Source of the DNA: a virus
DNA: 64,000 bases
Direction: 5' to 3' (one strand)
IMG/VR virus record: IMGVR_UViG_3300020463_000013
Location: 14,387-78,386 of that record
Positions 19,806-31,900 of this stretch are shown here, one piece after another; the stretch's first letter is position 1; each line of letters starts with the position of its first letter. A program made the position numbers and the translations under genes. A model generated the notes under the pieces. The model was not told the origin of the DNA and ran no database searches. It saw only the letters and a list, made by a program, of their open reading frames with translations.

Positions 19806-21300
19806 CCTTTAAAACACATTCGATAAGTTTTTCCGAGTCGTCATTGCTTGATTCTAAAGCAATACCTACCATAGCGGTTGTTTGTATTGTAGAACAAACA
19901 CCATCGGCCCATGCATATATAGCTTGCCCTTTTTCAACAACACCCTTTACTTTGACAGGTACACGCCCTTTAAGTGCAATGTATTGTCCATCAGCATCAC
20001 TATTCATCATTAGTCCAGGGTCTGTTGATACAACACCTATACAAATATCGCTTGCCTTTGCAGGAGCAACTTCGTGATCTTCATGTGTGCATACTGCTAC
20101 TGCTGTGCCTGGTTGTAAATCACCTTCGGATGTATATTTTTCTGCAAGGTCAGCAAATCTAGAACTTGTTGCAACACCGTCAAATATGTTTGCATTAATA
20201 TTTCCACTTGCACTTCTACAAGCAATAGTGTTTGGTAGTGTCGTCGTTACAGATGCTTGTCTGTAACTTGCTCCATCAACTTGTAAAGTGTTTGCTTGTG
20301 TGGCCGTCCCAGTAAATGTTGTAGCAAATACGTTGTTAAATGCGGCTGAAGAAGAACCTATTGTAACTGTTTGCAAACTATTGTCTGACTGTAATCCTGG
20401 AAGTAAAGCAAGTGTAGCATCTGCTTGTACTCGTAAAATATTCTGTGTAATACCGCTAAGAGGTTTTGCACTTAGTTTAATAGTTTTACCTACTTCGTTT
20501 GCAATACTACCTTCATTATCATTTATAATTTTAATTTTTAGATCACTACTGTCACCTATAGCAATACCTACATCTGCAAAACTTGTTAAAGTAGTAAATG
20601 ATGCAGAACCTGTTTGCACAAAGTTTGCCGCTTCAACACCACCTAGCTTGTCAGCATTTGTTGCTGTACCATGAAATCTATGAGCAGTAGTTGTAACACC
20701 ATCTGCACTATTTTGCGTATTTTTAAGAGTTACACCTCTTCTAATTACATCAAAACCTGTAATGGCATTTTCAGCGTCAGTTGAATCTATAGTAAATTGT
20801 ATAGCACTTATTGCAAATATTACTTCGTCATTTACAGTTGCCGCTATGATAGATCTATTTGTTCCGCCATCATCTCGCACAGTCTTTGATTGCATTTGGG
20901 TAATACCAGATCCTGCATCCTGTGGACCAATTAAAATAAAATCTGTTCCGTTATAGGCATATAATTGTTCGTTACCAGTATCCCACCAAAAGTCGCCTGC
21001 TTTTAAGCCAGCGGGGGCACTTGCACCGACTTCAGCACCACCTGTGGTACGCCATTTTGTTCCATCATAAAATTTTAGCTTACTATTTCCGCTATCAAAC
21101 CACATCTGTCCTGAAATTGCTTTAGGTGGAGCATTAGCACCACTAAAGTTTTCTAGCAAAAATACAAAATTTTCATTTTGTATTTCACCGTAACCTGCAT
21201 AGTTTTTACCAACTAATTTAAGGTCTGTAGTTTGATCTAAAGTACCGTCTTCGACTGTACTCAGTGTTGCATTGTTGTATCTGTTTATCGTATATGCCAT
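19801..21300 (-). CDS. Tail fibre/spike-like protein with probable C-terminal autocleaving chaperone (peptidase G2/IMC-like)
   Basis: Shared N-terminus LVGKNY.GYGE..NENF..LLENF...GQ.W.D; C-terminal ADLAEKY...GVVST.PG...IALKGRVPVKV.G. Confidence 0.65.
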   Translation of the reverse strand: MAYTINRYNNATLSTVEDGTLDQTTDLKLVGKNYAGYGEIQNENFVFLLENFSGANAPPKAISGQMWFDSGNSKLKFYDGTKWRTTGGAEVGASAPAGLKAGDFWWDTGNEQLYAYNGTDFILIGPQDAGSGITQMQSKTVRDDGGTNRSIIAATVNDEVIFAISAIQFTIDSTDAENAITGFDVIRRGVTLKNTQNSADGVTTTAHRFHGTATNADKLGGVEAANFVQTGSASFTTLTSFADVGIAIGDSSDLKIKIINDNEGSIANEVGKTIKLSAKPLSGITQNILRVQADATLALLPGLQSDNSLQTVTIGSSSAAFNNVFATTFTGTATQANTLQVDGASYRQASVTTTLPNTIACRSASGNINANIFDGVATSSRFADLAEKYTSEGDLQPGTAVAVCTHEDHEVAPAKASDICIGVVSTDPGLMMNSDADGQYIALKGRVPVKVKGVVEKGQAIYAWADGVCSTIQTTAMVGIALESSNDDSEKLIECVLKV

Positions 21301-21323
21301 TTCTTATAACCCCTAATACAATG

Positions 21324-21329
21324 TATTTA
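21324..21329 (-). promoter_or_regulatory. Late promoter core TAAATA
   Basis: ATAAATA on the minus strand in the gap upstream of 19801..21300. Confidence 0.55.
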
Positions 21330-21334
21330 TTCGT

Positions 21335-23251
21335 TTATGGTGTATATGTTGTCGTGCTTGTATGTGTCCATGCTCCTCCAGATACAGTATACACCATAGT
21401 GTATCTATTGGGAGTCAGTGTAGCTGAACCACTTGCTGTACTAAACGTTACATCTTGTACAACAGACTGTGCGTTTACCACATTATTTTTATCAACACTA
21501 ACTGTAGATTTGCTCATAGCCGCATTAATGTTAATACCGCTAACCGTTGCAGAACTATAGTCAACAGCGTGAATAACAGCTTTTGCACCATTAGTCAACG
21601 TTTTTGTTCCAGCTGTGTACATTGCTGTAAGTATAGCAATTACATCGTTAACAGGTCCGTTACCTGTACCAGGCGGATTTGGTCCTGTTAAGCCTGTGAT
21701 ATCTAAACTAAAAACTATAGGTTCAGTTTCGATTGCATTATCAGCATACCCTTTTGTAACTACATGACTATCAGCTGTAGGTGTTGCAACACCTGTAATT
21801 TTTTGTGAATTGACAGCTATGTCTCCACTTGTTGATATTGATAATCCTGTACTAGATGTGATAGTACTGCCATCTATATTCACATCATCAACGTCTAATT
21901 GTGTAAGTGTACCTAACCTTGTTACTCCTGTTGCTTGTGTAACAGTGTTATGTAGTTCTGTTTCGGAAAGTTTTTTTACACCCTTAATAAAATAAGCCGG
22001 ATTACCTAAATAATCTGTTGATGCAATATCAACGTTTTGGTTAAATGTCCAACTTTTTGTTGCATTTCTCCAAACTAAATCTTTAGATCCAGTTTGACTA
22101 TTTAAAACCATTCCACCATTGTCTATTGCGGCATCAGTAGGCAACGTACTATCACTAGTTATTGCTAACTGTAACTGTTTTCCTTCAATACTAAAATTAG
22201 AAACATCAAATGCAAGTGTTGAACCTTTAACAGTTAAGTTTCCGCCAACTTCAAAATTGCCGCTGATTACTCCGTCTCCGGTTATGTCTATCGCCGCACT
22301 AGGATCTGCATTGAAAAATCCTATAAATTTATTTGTTGAATCTATAGTCAAAGCACTGCTTGTAGAGTTTCCTACACGTATCCTAAAATCAATATCTGTA
22401 CCACCTAGTTGATTTTCGAACACTGTTGTATTTCCGTCAACTTTAATAGCATGGTATTTACTATCACCAACACCTATTGCAAGTCCGCCACTGTTTTTTA
22501 CAAACAAGCTACCTGTCATGTTTTGGTTGCCAGTTGTAGCTACAAATTTTGTAAAATCATATTTTGTTCCGGCACCATCTACTAATGCTTCAGCTGTATC
22601 TGCTGTACCGTTATATTTGTAAACTTCACCTGTAGGATTTACAGGATTAAAACCAATTTTAATTAACTGACGTTGTGGTGTTTGTGTATCATTAGCATCA
22701 ACAGGATAACCTTGTATTTCAAAATTGTTTCCTGGACGAAATTGTACACGCGAATGAACACCTGCAAGCACTCCGCCTACAAATAATTTTAATACAGTTC
22801 TTGTAACGTTTCCGTCGTCTACTATGCTATCTGCTTCAAAGCCGGTTTTACCTTGACGCTGTGTATACATTGGTCCTACAAGAACTAAATCAGTGCCATC
22901 ATAAAAATATAACCTATTTTTTGCATCATCAATCCATAAATCTCCAGCAACCATATTGTTTGGCTCTTGGTTACTTACAATTGGTCCGCCGGCAACTTTC
23001 CAGTCAGTGCCGTTAAATAATTTTAATCTTGCATCTGATGTATCGTACCAAAGCTGTCCTTTCAAAGGATTTGTAGGAGCACTAGAGCTTGAAAAATTTT
23101 CAAGAATTTTAATATAATTTTCATTTATAAATTCACCAAATCCTTTGTAGTTTCTTCCAACAAGTGTTATATCTGTACTTGTATTGTCAATAGCACCGTC
23201 TACAAGTGTAACTAAAAGTGTTCCGTCGGTTTTATTTAAGATATAACTCAT
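21335..23251 (-). CDS. Tail fibre/baseplate-associated structural protein
   Basis: Same N-terminal module (LVGRNY.GFGE..NENY..ILENFS...GQLWYD), G/T/D-rich fibre segments. Confidence 0.65.
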   Translation of the reverse strand: MSYILNKTDGTLLVTLVDGAIDNTSTDITLVGRNYKGFGEFINENYIKILENFSSSSAPTNPLKGQLWYDTSDARLKLFNGTDWKVAGGPIVSNQEPNNMVAGDLWIDDAKNRLYFYDGTDLVLVGPMYTQRQGKTGFEADSIVDDGNVTRTVLKLFVGGVLAGVHSRVQFRPGNNFEIQGYPVDANDTQTPQRQLIKIGFNPVNPTGEVYKYNGTADTAEALVDGAGTKYDFTKFVATTGNQNMTGSLFVKNSGGLAIGVGDSKYHAIKVDGNTTVFENQLGGTDIDFRIRVGNSTSSALTIDSTNKFIGFFNADPSAAIDITGDGVISGNFEVGGNLTVKGSTLAFDVSNFSIEGKQLQLAITSDSTLPTDAAIDNGGMVLNSQTGSKDLVWRNATKSWTFNQNVDIASTDYLGNPAYFIKGVKKLSETELHNTVTQATGVTRLGTLTQLDVDDVNIDGSTITSSTGLSISTSGDIAVNSQKITGVATPTADSHVVTKGYADNAIETEPIVFSLDITGLTGPNPPGTGNGPVNDVIAILTAMYTAGTKTLTNGAKAVIHAVDYSSATVSGININAAMSKSTVSVDKNNVVNAQSVVQDVTFSTASGSATLTPNRYTMVYTVSGGAWTHTSTTTYTP

Positions 23252-25272
23252 TATGCATTCCTACCTGTGTAAATGATATATTTCATTGCTATATAAGGGT
23301 TCATTACATCAAGTGGATTACCGTCGCCACCATCAAGCACACCACCACTTGTCAATAGACGCTGGCTGTTTTGTGCAGATGCAACATCAAATGTGGATCT
23401 TTCTGAACCAGTAGGTACTGTATCTCCGGTGTTTATTTCACGTGTTGCAAAAAACTGTTCGCCTGATGATGCTCTTAAATCGTGTTCATGCTCTGGCAAA
23501 TTTTCTGGAGTAATAGTTTTATTTTCAGCACCACCTACACCGCCTAGTGTGTCTGCAGAATTGTCTAAAACTCTATTTGCACTTATACCGTTCATATTAT
23601 CTAAACCTAACGGAAATCTACCTCTCAAATCAGGCACTGCAAATTTACCAACTTCTGGAAGATCTTTAAAGGAAAATCCAATTGCTTCATATAATTGTTG
23701 ATAATCAGCTATAAGATATTCAGTACCGTCACACAGTAACCAACCTAATGGTGTTGCAACACCTGCATAAGGCACTACCACTCCAGGAGGATTAACAGCC
23801 ACAGCTTTTAAAAGGTTACGTCTTGATATTTTTTTAAGTCCGGTATCACCGGTTGTTCTGTTTATTAATAATTCATCATCAACTTGAGATTCTGTAACTG
23901 CTGTTTTATTTGATACAATAGTATTGCTTATGCTTGTTGTGAAAGTTTTTACACTTCCGCCTACTTGTCCGTCAAATACAAAATCGTCTGCACTTATATC
24001 ACCTGTAAGTCTGAATGTAGTAGAGCTGGTAAGTTTGTCTGCAGATCCTGCTCTACCAGATACTGTACCGCTGACATTACCTGTTAAGTTTCCAATAAAA
24101 GTAGTCGAATAAATTGTTTTGTATTTGTTTAATGCCGCACCTATGTTTCTAACATTATTTTGATCAGGTTCTACATTACGTGTCTTTAATGTGTTTTCAA
24201 GTTCAGTTTGACCGCCAACGAATAAATTTTTAGCAATACCTACTCCGCCTTTTATAATTGCACTACCAGTGCCTATTGTAGTTGCGTCTGTAACATCATT
24301 TATTTTTAACACTCCACTTTGTTGAATGTTACCTGTAACATCAAGTGCTTCTTCTGGTGCTTCGTTATTAATACCTACTCTTAAATTACTATCAACTCGC
24401 ACTACTGTTTTGCTTGTTCCAGCATTTCTTACACGTAAATCAATATTTGATCCTGCAACTTGATGCTGTATAATTCCTGCATTGCCCTCAATTCCTATAT
24501 TCATTTCTGAATTGATGCCGTAATTAACTCCGCTGTTGTTTTGAACATTTAATCCGTTTAATGTTGTACTTACTACATCACTACGTAAGAAGTTACCAGC
24601 ACTTACATTTACATTATTAACAATAAGCGACTCTGCTTTTTCAGCTGTTCCATAAAATTTAGCTGCACCGGTGCCTGTAATATCTCTAGTACTAAGTGTG
24701 ACACCTGGTTTTATTACAGTAAATCCAGGAATAACTGTTTTAGGTATAAATTCATCTGTTGCAATAATTGCAACCGGCTGTGCGTTTACTTCAATTTGTA
24801 CTATGTTATATACAGCGTTATCAGTACCAGTAACTGAAACTGGAACAGGGCCGGTATTTAATCCATCACTAAACGTCGGACCTACCAATACCCAACCAGA
24901 TCCACTAAACAAGTATAATTGTTGATTGTCTGTATCTGTCCATAAGTCGCCAATTTGACTATTAGCCGCCTCAGGTTCAGTATTAGCTCTTATTATTCCG
25001 CCTACAGGTACCCAATCTGGTAAATTGTAAACTTTAAGTTGCTCTTTACCGGGTGTACTATCGTACCATATTTGTCCTTCTACAGGATTTGCAGGTTGAG
25101 TAGCACTTGCAAAATTTTCTAATAAGTGTAAAAAGTTTTCTGCTATAGCTGTACCATATGCAGTAGTATTTCTACCAGGTATTTTTAAATCTGTAACTGT
25201 GTTGAGAGTATTATCCTCAATGGTAATAGTGCCTTTGTTGGCTTGGTCTGTATATGCAATAGTATAAGCCAT
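23251..25272 (-). CDS. Short-tail-fibre-like protein with tail collar domain
   Basis: Shared N-terminal module; collar motif PGVVVPYAG..PLGWLLCDG...LYEAIG...PDLRGRFPLG; LPEHEH and MNPYIAMKYII. Confidence 0.8.
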   Translation of the reverse strand: MAYTIAYTDQANKGTITIEDNTLNTVTDLKIPGRNTTAYGTAIAENFLHLLENFASATQPANPVEGQIWYDSTPGKEQLKVYNLPDWVPVGGIIRANTEPEAANSQIGDLWTDTDNQQLYLFSGSGWVLVGPTFSDGLNTGPVPVSVTGTDNAVYNIVQIEVNAQPVAIIATDEFIPKTVIPGFTVIKPGVTLSTRDITGTGAAKFYGTAEKAESLIVNNVNVSAGNFLRSDVVSTTLNGLNVQNNSGVNYGINSEMNIGIEGNAGIIQHQVAGSNIDLRVRNAGTSKTVVRVDSNLRVGINNEAPEEALDVTGNIQQSGVLKINDVTDATTIGTGSAIIKGGVGIAKNLFVGGQTELENTLKTRNVEPDQNNVRNIGAALNKYKTIYSTTFIGNLTGNVSGTVSGRAGSADKLTSSTTFRLTGDISADDFVFDGQVGGSVKTFTTSISNTIVSNKTAVTESQVDDELLINRTTGDTGLKKISRRNLLKAVAVNPPGVVVPYAGVATPLGWLLCDGTEYLIADYQQLYEAIGFSFKDLPEVGKFAVPDLRGRFPLGLDNMNGISANRVLDNSADTLGGVGGAENKTITPENLPEHEHDLRASSGEQFFATREINTGDTVPTGSERSTFDVASAQNSQRLLTSGGVLDGGDGNPLDVMNPYIAMKYIIYTGRNA

Positions 25273-25275
25273 TTA

Positions 25276-25890
25276 TTATCCCTCGTTAAATCCTGTTAAA
25301 CTTTGCACTCTCACAGTATAATCAATCTGTACAAGTCTGTTTAAACTTTTTTGTACAGGATGAAATACAACATGTGTAAGTAATCTACCATTACCATCTT
25401 CAGCATATGCTTTCAATCCTAGTTCGTCAAATACATACAATGAATTTTGATCTGTTGCTGTATCAAATGCATCTTGGCCGGAAGGTTCACCGTAATCTAA
25501 CAAACATGTTACTAATACATCTGTGTAGTTCGTTCCGCTGATATGTCGTGTTTCAATCTTATTACGTACAGGATCAATATTAGATACACTTCGATCATCT
25601 ACAACTTTTGTAAATGTTTGATTGTACAAACTAGCATTTGTACCTGTTGAATTAGGAGTTAGATACGTAATAATGCCTGTAGGATCAACACTAGTACCAC
25701 CATTTCCAAATGCCATTTCGTGTATCCATCCATTTCCGCTGTTGCCTAAACTTTCAGCAAGTGACAAACTAATATTTTCGTAATGTATAGCATTACGCTT
25801 GTCAATAATGACTTCACCACTTTCTGGATCATGGATTTTGATGTGTCCTTGTATGTATACACCTTGATGTTCGTTTATTTTATCTGTCAT
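25276..25890 (-). CDS. Conserved-looking virion/baseplate-associated protein
   Basis: FGNGG, FDELGL, THVVFHPVQKSLNR; lies in the structural operon. Confidence 0.55.
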   Translation of the reverse strand: MTDKINEHQGVYIQGHIKIHDPESGEVIIDKRNAIHYENISLSLAESLGNSGNGWIHEMAFGNGGTSVDPTGIITYLTPNSTGTNASLYNQTFTKVVDDRSVSNIDPVRNKIETRHISGTNYTDVLVTCLLDYGEPSGQDAFDTATDQNSLYVFDELGLKAYAEDGNGRLLTHVVFHPVQKSLNRLVQIDYTVRVQSLTGFNEG

Positions 25891-25906
25891 TTTGTTTTCC
25901 TACATG

Positions 25907-25912
25907 TATTTA
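25907..25912 (-). promoter_or_regulatory. Late promoter core TAAATA
   Basis: GATAAATA on the minus strand at the stop of the giant ORF, followed by an AGGA SD and ATG 25890. Confidence 0.5.
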
Positions 25913-28900
25913 TCGCGGCAAGTCAGTTGTTGAATTTCTTAAGAAACGAGCTATATTTCCTTTTGCTTTACTTAGCTGTGTTCCTGGATCAGTCCAAATT
26001 CTTCCTTGCTTTCTTATTATAATTACTTTTGTATTTTCTGGTGCAGGTTCAGCAAGTGTAAGTGTTGTTCCTGAAATAGTAAATTCAGGTGCAAGTGTTA
26101 CATCTCCTTCTGGTGAATCCATTTGAGGAGCACTTACAGTATTACCATTTCCGTCAACTGTTTCAAACTGATAACTGCTTATGCTGTTTTTACGCATACG
26201 CTTACCTGCAACAAAAACTTCAAACTCATTTACGCTATTAGGTGTCCAATCTAATTGGAACTGTGTGCTTGTGCCATCGCCGTCAAGTGTCAATGTAATA
26301 GTTTCATCTTTGTATGGCATGTTTTGGTCAGTGCCTTGATGATAAACTTCTGTACCTTCTTTATATACATCTTTTGCACCAGTACCTAATGTTGCTCTAC
26401 GAATTTGCTTTAGTATATTTTTATCTCGTACAAAATATTCTATACGCTCACCTTCAATAAAAATAACACTAGGAGTATCCGGGTTTGCACCTGGTTGTGG
26501 AAGTTTATCTCCATTCTCAACTTCTATAGTTTTATCCCATGGATACAAATCTCTTACAAGCAGTATGTCTTCTTTGCCAGTAAGGCGTTTGTAATGAGTT
26601 CTATTTAATATATCTTTGAATTGCCTCCAACCAAACTTTTGTATTAACGGTGTTTCAGCAAAATGTATTATATCTATTGTATCATTTTCTGATAAATCAT
26701 ATGCAATTTTTAAATATTTTTTGTTATCAGTAATGTAATAATCTATACTAGGAGATAAAAGCACTCCATTTTTTGCTACCCATACATACTGTGCATCAGT
26801 AGCAGGTTTGCGTAATTCTATCAGTCCGTTGCGTAAATGTCGTAATTGATACCAATTTTCTGATCCTACTGTTAGCTTAGTACGTTCAACAACATCAAAT
26901 TCTTGCCTTTCAATTCCTTGTGACTTATTGTTTGTAAATGTATATACAGTAATAATATCACTTGATTCATAAACATTATCCATGTATATAGTTCCAGGTG
27001 TGCTTGCAAATTCACCTGCACTATCCCAATAACCATAAGCATACTGTCCGTCTTTAATTGCGTACACTCTTAGTGTGTCGCCATCTTTGCCTACTCCAGG
27101 TAAGAGTGTTACAGTTGATCCTGACTGTTGATCTAATATCACTCTAGGTTCTCCTGTTGCAGGATCTATATCGTTTTCATCACGTATTGTACTATCGAAC
27201 TCGCCTGCACTTACAAAGTTCCATTGTTCACCATATGTAAGTTCTATGTCATTCAAATATACAAGTAGATCTTGATGGTTAAATGCTCCTAAAGGCACTT
27301 GCCATAAGTCTAACCTATATTCTCTTATATCTGTAACATCAAAATGTTGACTGTAACCTGCTGACAAAATTGTGTTGTTTACTTTTACTATTGTGTTATG
27401 TTGGCTAGGTGTTGCACTAAACGGAGTTGTCTGTAATGTAAATGCAATAGAACTACCATCTCCTATAAATTCGTCAATTTGAACGGAGCTAAAGTTTTTC
27501 GTTGTTCCTTCAAATATTCCAAAGTTTATTATTTTATCAGCTATTGGAGGAGTAGCAAATCTTATAACTACATTTCCAGGCACATCATAACTACTATCAT
27601 CGCTTTTAATTAAAAGAGTATCTTGCTTTTCTCCGTCAATAGTTGCATAATGTGTCATATTGTCTGCATAACGTACATTTGTTAAAAAGTCTAAAGTACT
27701 ACCATCTGCAACAAACGTTCCATAATCTAAAACATTTGTACCTGAAACATCTAAAGTTATTATATTGACTTTTATATTTGCGCCTGGGGCAACATCCATT
27801 ATTATACTTTTTCTATCTGTGGAAAAAATGTAATCATCTTTTGTTTTTATTACATCACCAACTTTTACAAATATATTGTTATTGAATGCAACATTTTGAT
27901 CAAGGCTAAATGTTTTGTTTGTACCATCACCTACATAATTAAAACTACGTATGTTACTTGCGCCTCCAGTAGGTCTTTCATATACCTGTATATCAACTGT
28001 ATCTAATACTTGTCCTGGTATAATTTCTTCAGGTCCTTTAGATGTAGTAGGAGTAACAAAACCATCACCGTCTACGCTAATATCTTCAGCCTTTAATCCA
28101 GTGGCTGTACTGTATGGTAAGTCGCCTCCTTCTATTAAAGTATCGTATCCATTTGGGTCTGCTAGGAAACTACCGTCACTTGTCTTTTTGCGAATCACAA
28201 GTGTGTCTCCATCAGCTACTTTGATTCCGTAATTATCTAGGTAGAGTATCTTAGTAATGCCATCGCCTACAAGTGTCTCCATTATAGCATTAGGATTCTC
28301 AATAAATGTACTTCCATCGTAGTTTGGATCATCTATACGTATGTTATTTTTGTATACATTATATTCAACACCATTTTCTAATGGTTTTGATACTTCGATA
28401 ATAGTTGTACTTCCGTCAAAGTTAAATACTTCATCTTCATAAGTTTCATCGTAGGTATCCCATTTACCGGTAAACCAACCTTCAGCATCAAAACCGCCCT
28501 GATTTTCAAACCCAAAACTCTTGACTTCAACACCGCCATAATCTACACCGTCCATTACTTGTGCTATATCTTTGCCTAGCATTCCGGTTGTAGGATCGTA
28601 AAGTAAATTTACCCTATCCTGTGCAACTAATAGATCAGGATCTTTTTTGTATTCAATTACTATTGCTTTTGTATTAGCAGGAGGAGTGTCTAAAGTAATT
28701 CTTCCTTTGAATCTTACGTATGTTTTTGTGTTATCTTGAAAGTTTGTATAAGTGTACTGGCTTGGTAAAAGCTCTACACCGCCAACAGTAATTTTAATAT
28801 TTGCAGGCTTTACATCTATTGGCCATTTTAAGTCATATATGTACTTGCTTCCTGACCCTATAAAATTTTCTGATTCGTTTAATTTAGTTATAATAAAACT

Positions 28901-31900
28901 ACTGCTTATTCTATCAAATTTTACACGAGTTAGAAAGCTTCTTACAGTCTCATGTCCGATCACTGCACTGATACGTGCATCTATTCCTCCAGGATTACTA
29001 CCGTTTATATCAAGTGTAGGCGCACTTATGTAACCACTACCAGAGTCTAACACATCAATTTTAACAATTTTTCCGTTGACTCCAAGATAAGTTTTAAATT
29101 TAGCACCTGTGCCACCACCACCAACTGCTGAAATTACAGGAGGTTCGCTATATTTTGTTCCGCCATCGTATATATTAACACTTTTTATTTCATAACTTGC
29201 ATTATCTAACCAATGTCTATACGGATATGTAGTAATATCACTTTCTGTACCAACAATCATATCTTCTATAACTTGAGATGGATGAGGTTGTATTCCTCTG
29301 CCTTCTACATATCTTGGAGCTAAGTCAAAATCAGTAATTACTGTATTTGTTGGTTCAATTCTTTCATAGCTAGACAAATATTCACGCAATTTTGTCTTGA
29401 AAGGTTTTACTTCTTCTAAATAATCTTCATAACTTGGTAAATTATCGTTGTTGAAAGTAATATCTTCTCTAAGAGATCCTACATTGTGCTGTGCTTTCAC
29501 AAAACTTGTTTTAAATGCCCAATCAATATAAGGTTGTTCACTAAAAGCATATCTAACACTAGCAAAGAATAATTTATTATACTCGTGTTCAAGTTCTACT
29601 GTGAGTAAATCATCTCTTAAAACCTCTAATATTCTACGCTGTTCAACAGTAGGTTGTGCATCATAAAATTGTACGTCGAAACTAATGGTATCAAAACCGT
29701 TAAGGTTAGCAGTTACATCATATAATCCTCTTTTAAATTGTATTGTGCCATTTTGTCTACCTATTGTTTTATAATTTACAGTATAATCAGTGGTGCTTTG
29801 CTCATCTATCTTTTGTAATAATAGCCAGCCTCCTGAACCAATACTACTAATTTTTACAACATCACCTATATTATCATTTAGTTCAGTCAATTGGTATGAG
29901 AAATCCACTAAATGATCTATTTCAGTAGTTTCGCTTGCTCCTGACATGTACCAATCAGCGTACTCCCAATATAATGTTGCGTTATAGGCTTGGCTTTTAA
30001 TTCTATTCCAAGTGCTGGTTTCAGTAAGTCTTTCATAAATTGACCATTTACCATTAATAGTTTCGTCTGCTTTTACTAAAGCCGCAAATTTTCGTACTTC
30101 TATAGTAGTAGTATCTTCATAATTTTCACCTTGATTATTAACCACTACATTTGTAACCTGGCCAGCATTATCTATAGTAAATGTAAAATCTGCGCCTTCG
30201 CCACTGGCGCCTCTTATAGTGTATGTAGGTGCAACTAGATACCCCCTGCCTGGATCTGTTATAGTAACACGCACTATTTTTCCATTTTCGATCACAGGAG
30301 TCAAAATTGCTTGTTTACTTTTTGCTACGCCGATTAAATCAATTTCTGCAAAACTTTCAACAGTTGTATCATACAATCTTGTAATGGCGCTTGGAAAATC
30401 TTCTTTATAATTTAGTCCAGTTAAATTTTTGTTTTCAACGATAAGATTTTCTTTTAGCACACCGTTTACACGTTCAATAAGTTGTTTCATTGCTTCTATG
30501 TTATTAACAAACAAACTTTGTCTTGGATTATTTAGAATACCGTATTTTTTCTTAGCTCCTAGTGTGTTATCAGGTACAGGTCTATTTCTAGTATCATAAC
30601 CAATTAAACTATCAAACCATTTGCGTTCAATATCTCTATTAGGCTTGCTACTTGCAAGTCCATCTGTAAGGATTTGATATTGATTATGAACATTTGAATC
30701 TTGATTTTCTAAAGTATAATATTGTACACTAATTGCAACTTCTTTACCTTCTATAAGTGTATCACAATTATTAACAGCAAACTGATTGTTACCAAAAAAC
30801 GAAACATATCTGTATCCGTATGAGTAAGGATCTGCAATAAGTTGTGCTGTGTTAAAAGCACTCTCTGTCCTAAAATCGTTATTAGGAATAGTTTTTTTAT
30901 CTTTGATCCAATAAAAGTATTTGTCTGTAAAACTTTGACTAATACTATCATATACCTTTTTTGTTACATAGTTTGTAGTTGTTTTTGCCTGGCCACTAAT
31001 ACCTTGAGATAATCCATCATTAGTGTCTGCTTGTTCATTCCATTGTTCAGGCGTAAGAGTTGTTTCTACCCATTCGTAAACATCTATAGATGCGCCACTA
31101 AACAGTTTATTCCAGTTATTTGTACTATATGTAATGTCATTTTGATATGGATTTAAGAATTTTGCATTTGTTAAATCCCACCATAACTGTCCTACTTGTT
31201 CTTGACCCCATGTATTTAATTTTTGTACTACAACATTTGTGCCGGTAGTATATGTAGCTGGATCGTAATATGTCTTATATCTAAGTTCTTGTTCGGCTAC
31301 ACCTGCAATTTTACCTTGTAGCACATCAATATAGTCTAAGTAAGCAAGAAGTTTCTTTGTTTTTTTATTATATAAAATAACTTTTTTAATTTTTGCAACA
31401 TCTACAGGATCTTTTGGAGTTCTTATATTGTTATAAACGTTTCCTTGTACTCTATAATCTACAAATGCTCCTACCTGGCCACCTGTTTCTAATCTTGGCA
31501 ATCCTACATATACATGGTTTCCGGTTGCTTCAACGTTTCTACCAAAATAATCTACATTAGCATTGTTAAATTGTATAGTATCTGCATACAGCAGTTTTCC
31601 ATTTAAATTTTCATAAACATATACAACGCCATCGTCTACATTAGTCCTTCTAAATTTAGTGAAACTATTATCGAAAGTAGTAGGCAACCCTGTTGGTTGG
31701 CTTGTAGGATCGTTAACATATGTAGACCCTTCTTTCTTTTGGCTGTACACATCGATTGTTGATTCAAAAATACTATCTGCATTTTTACTTCCTATAGCAA
31801 GTATATCGCCTGTGTAAGAAATTGCTGTACCAAATTGTTCAGCTCTTTCATTTTTTGGACTATAAAGTTTTTGATCTAATTCAAATTTACCTTGGACTTG

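Noticed and set aside
19801-25272. Diversity-generating retroelement or invertible fibre cassette
   Set aside because: No reverse transcriptase, recombinase, near-identical TR/VR pair or flanking inverted repeats seen.
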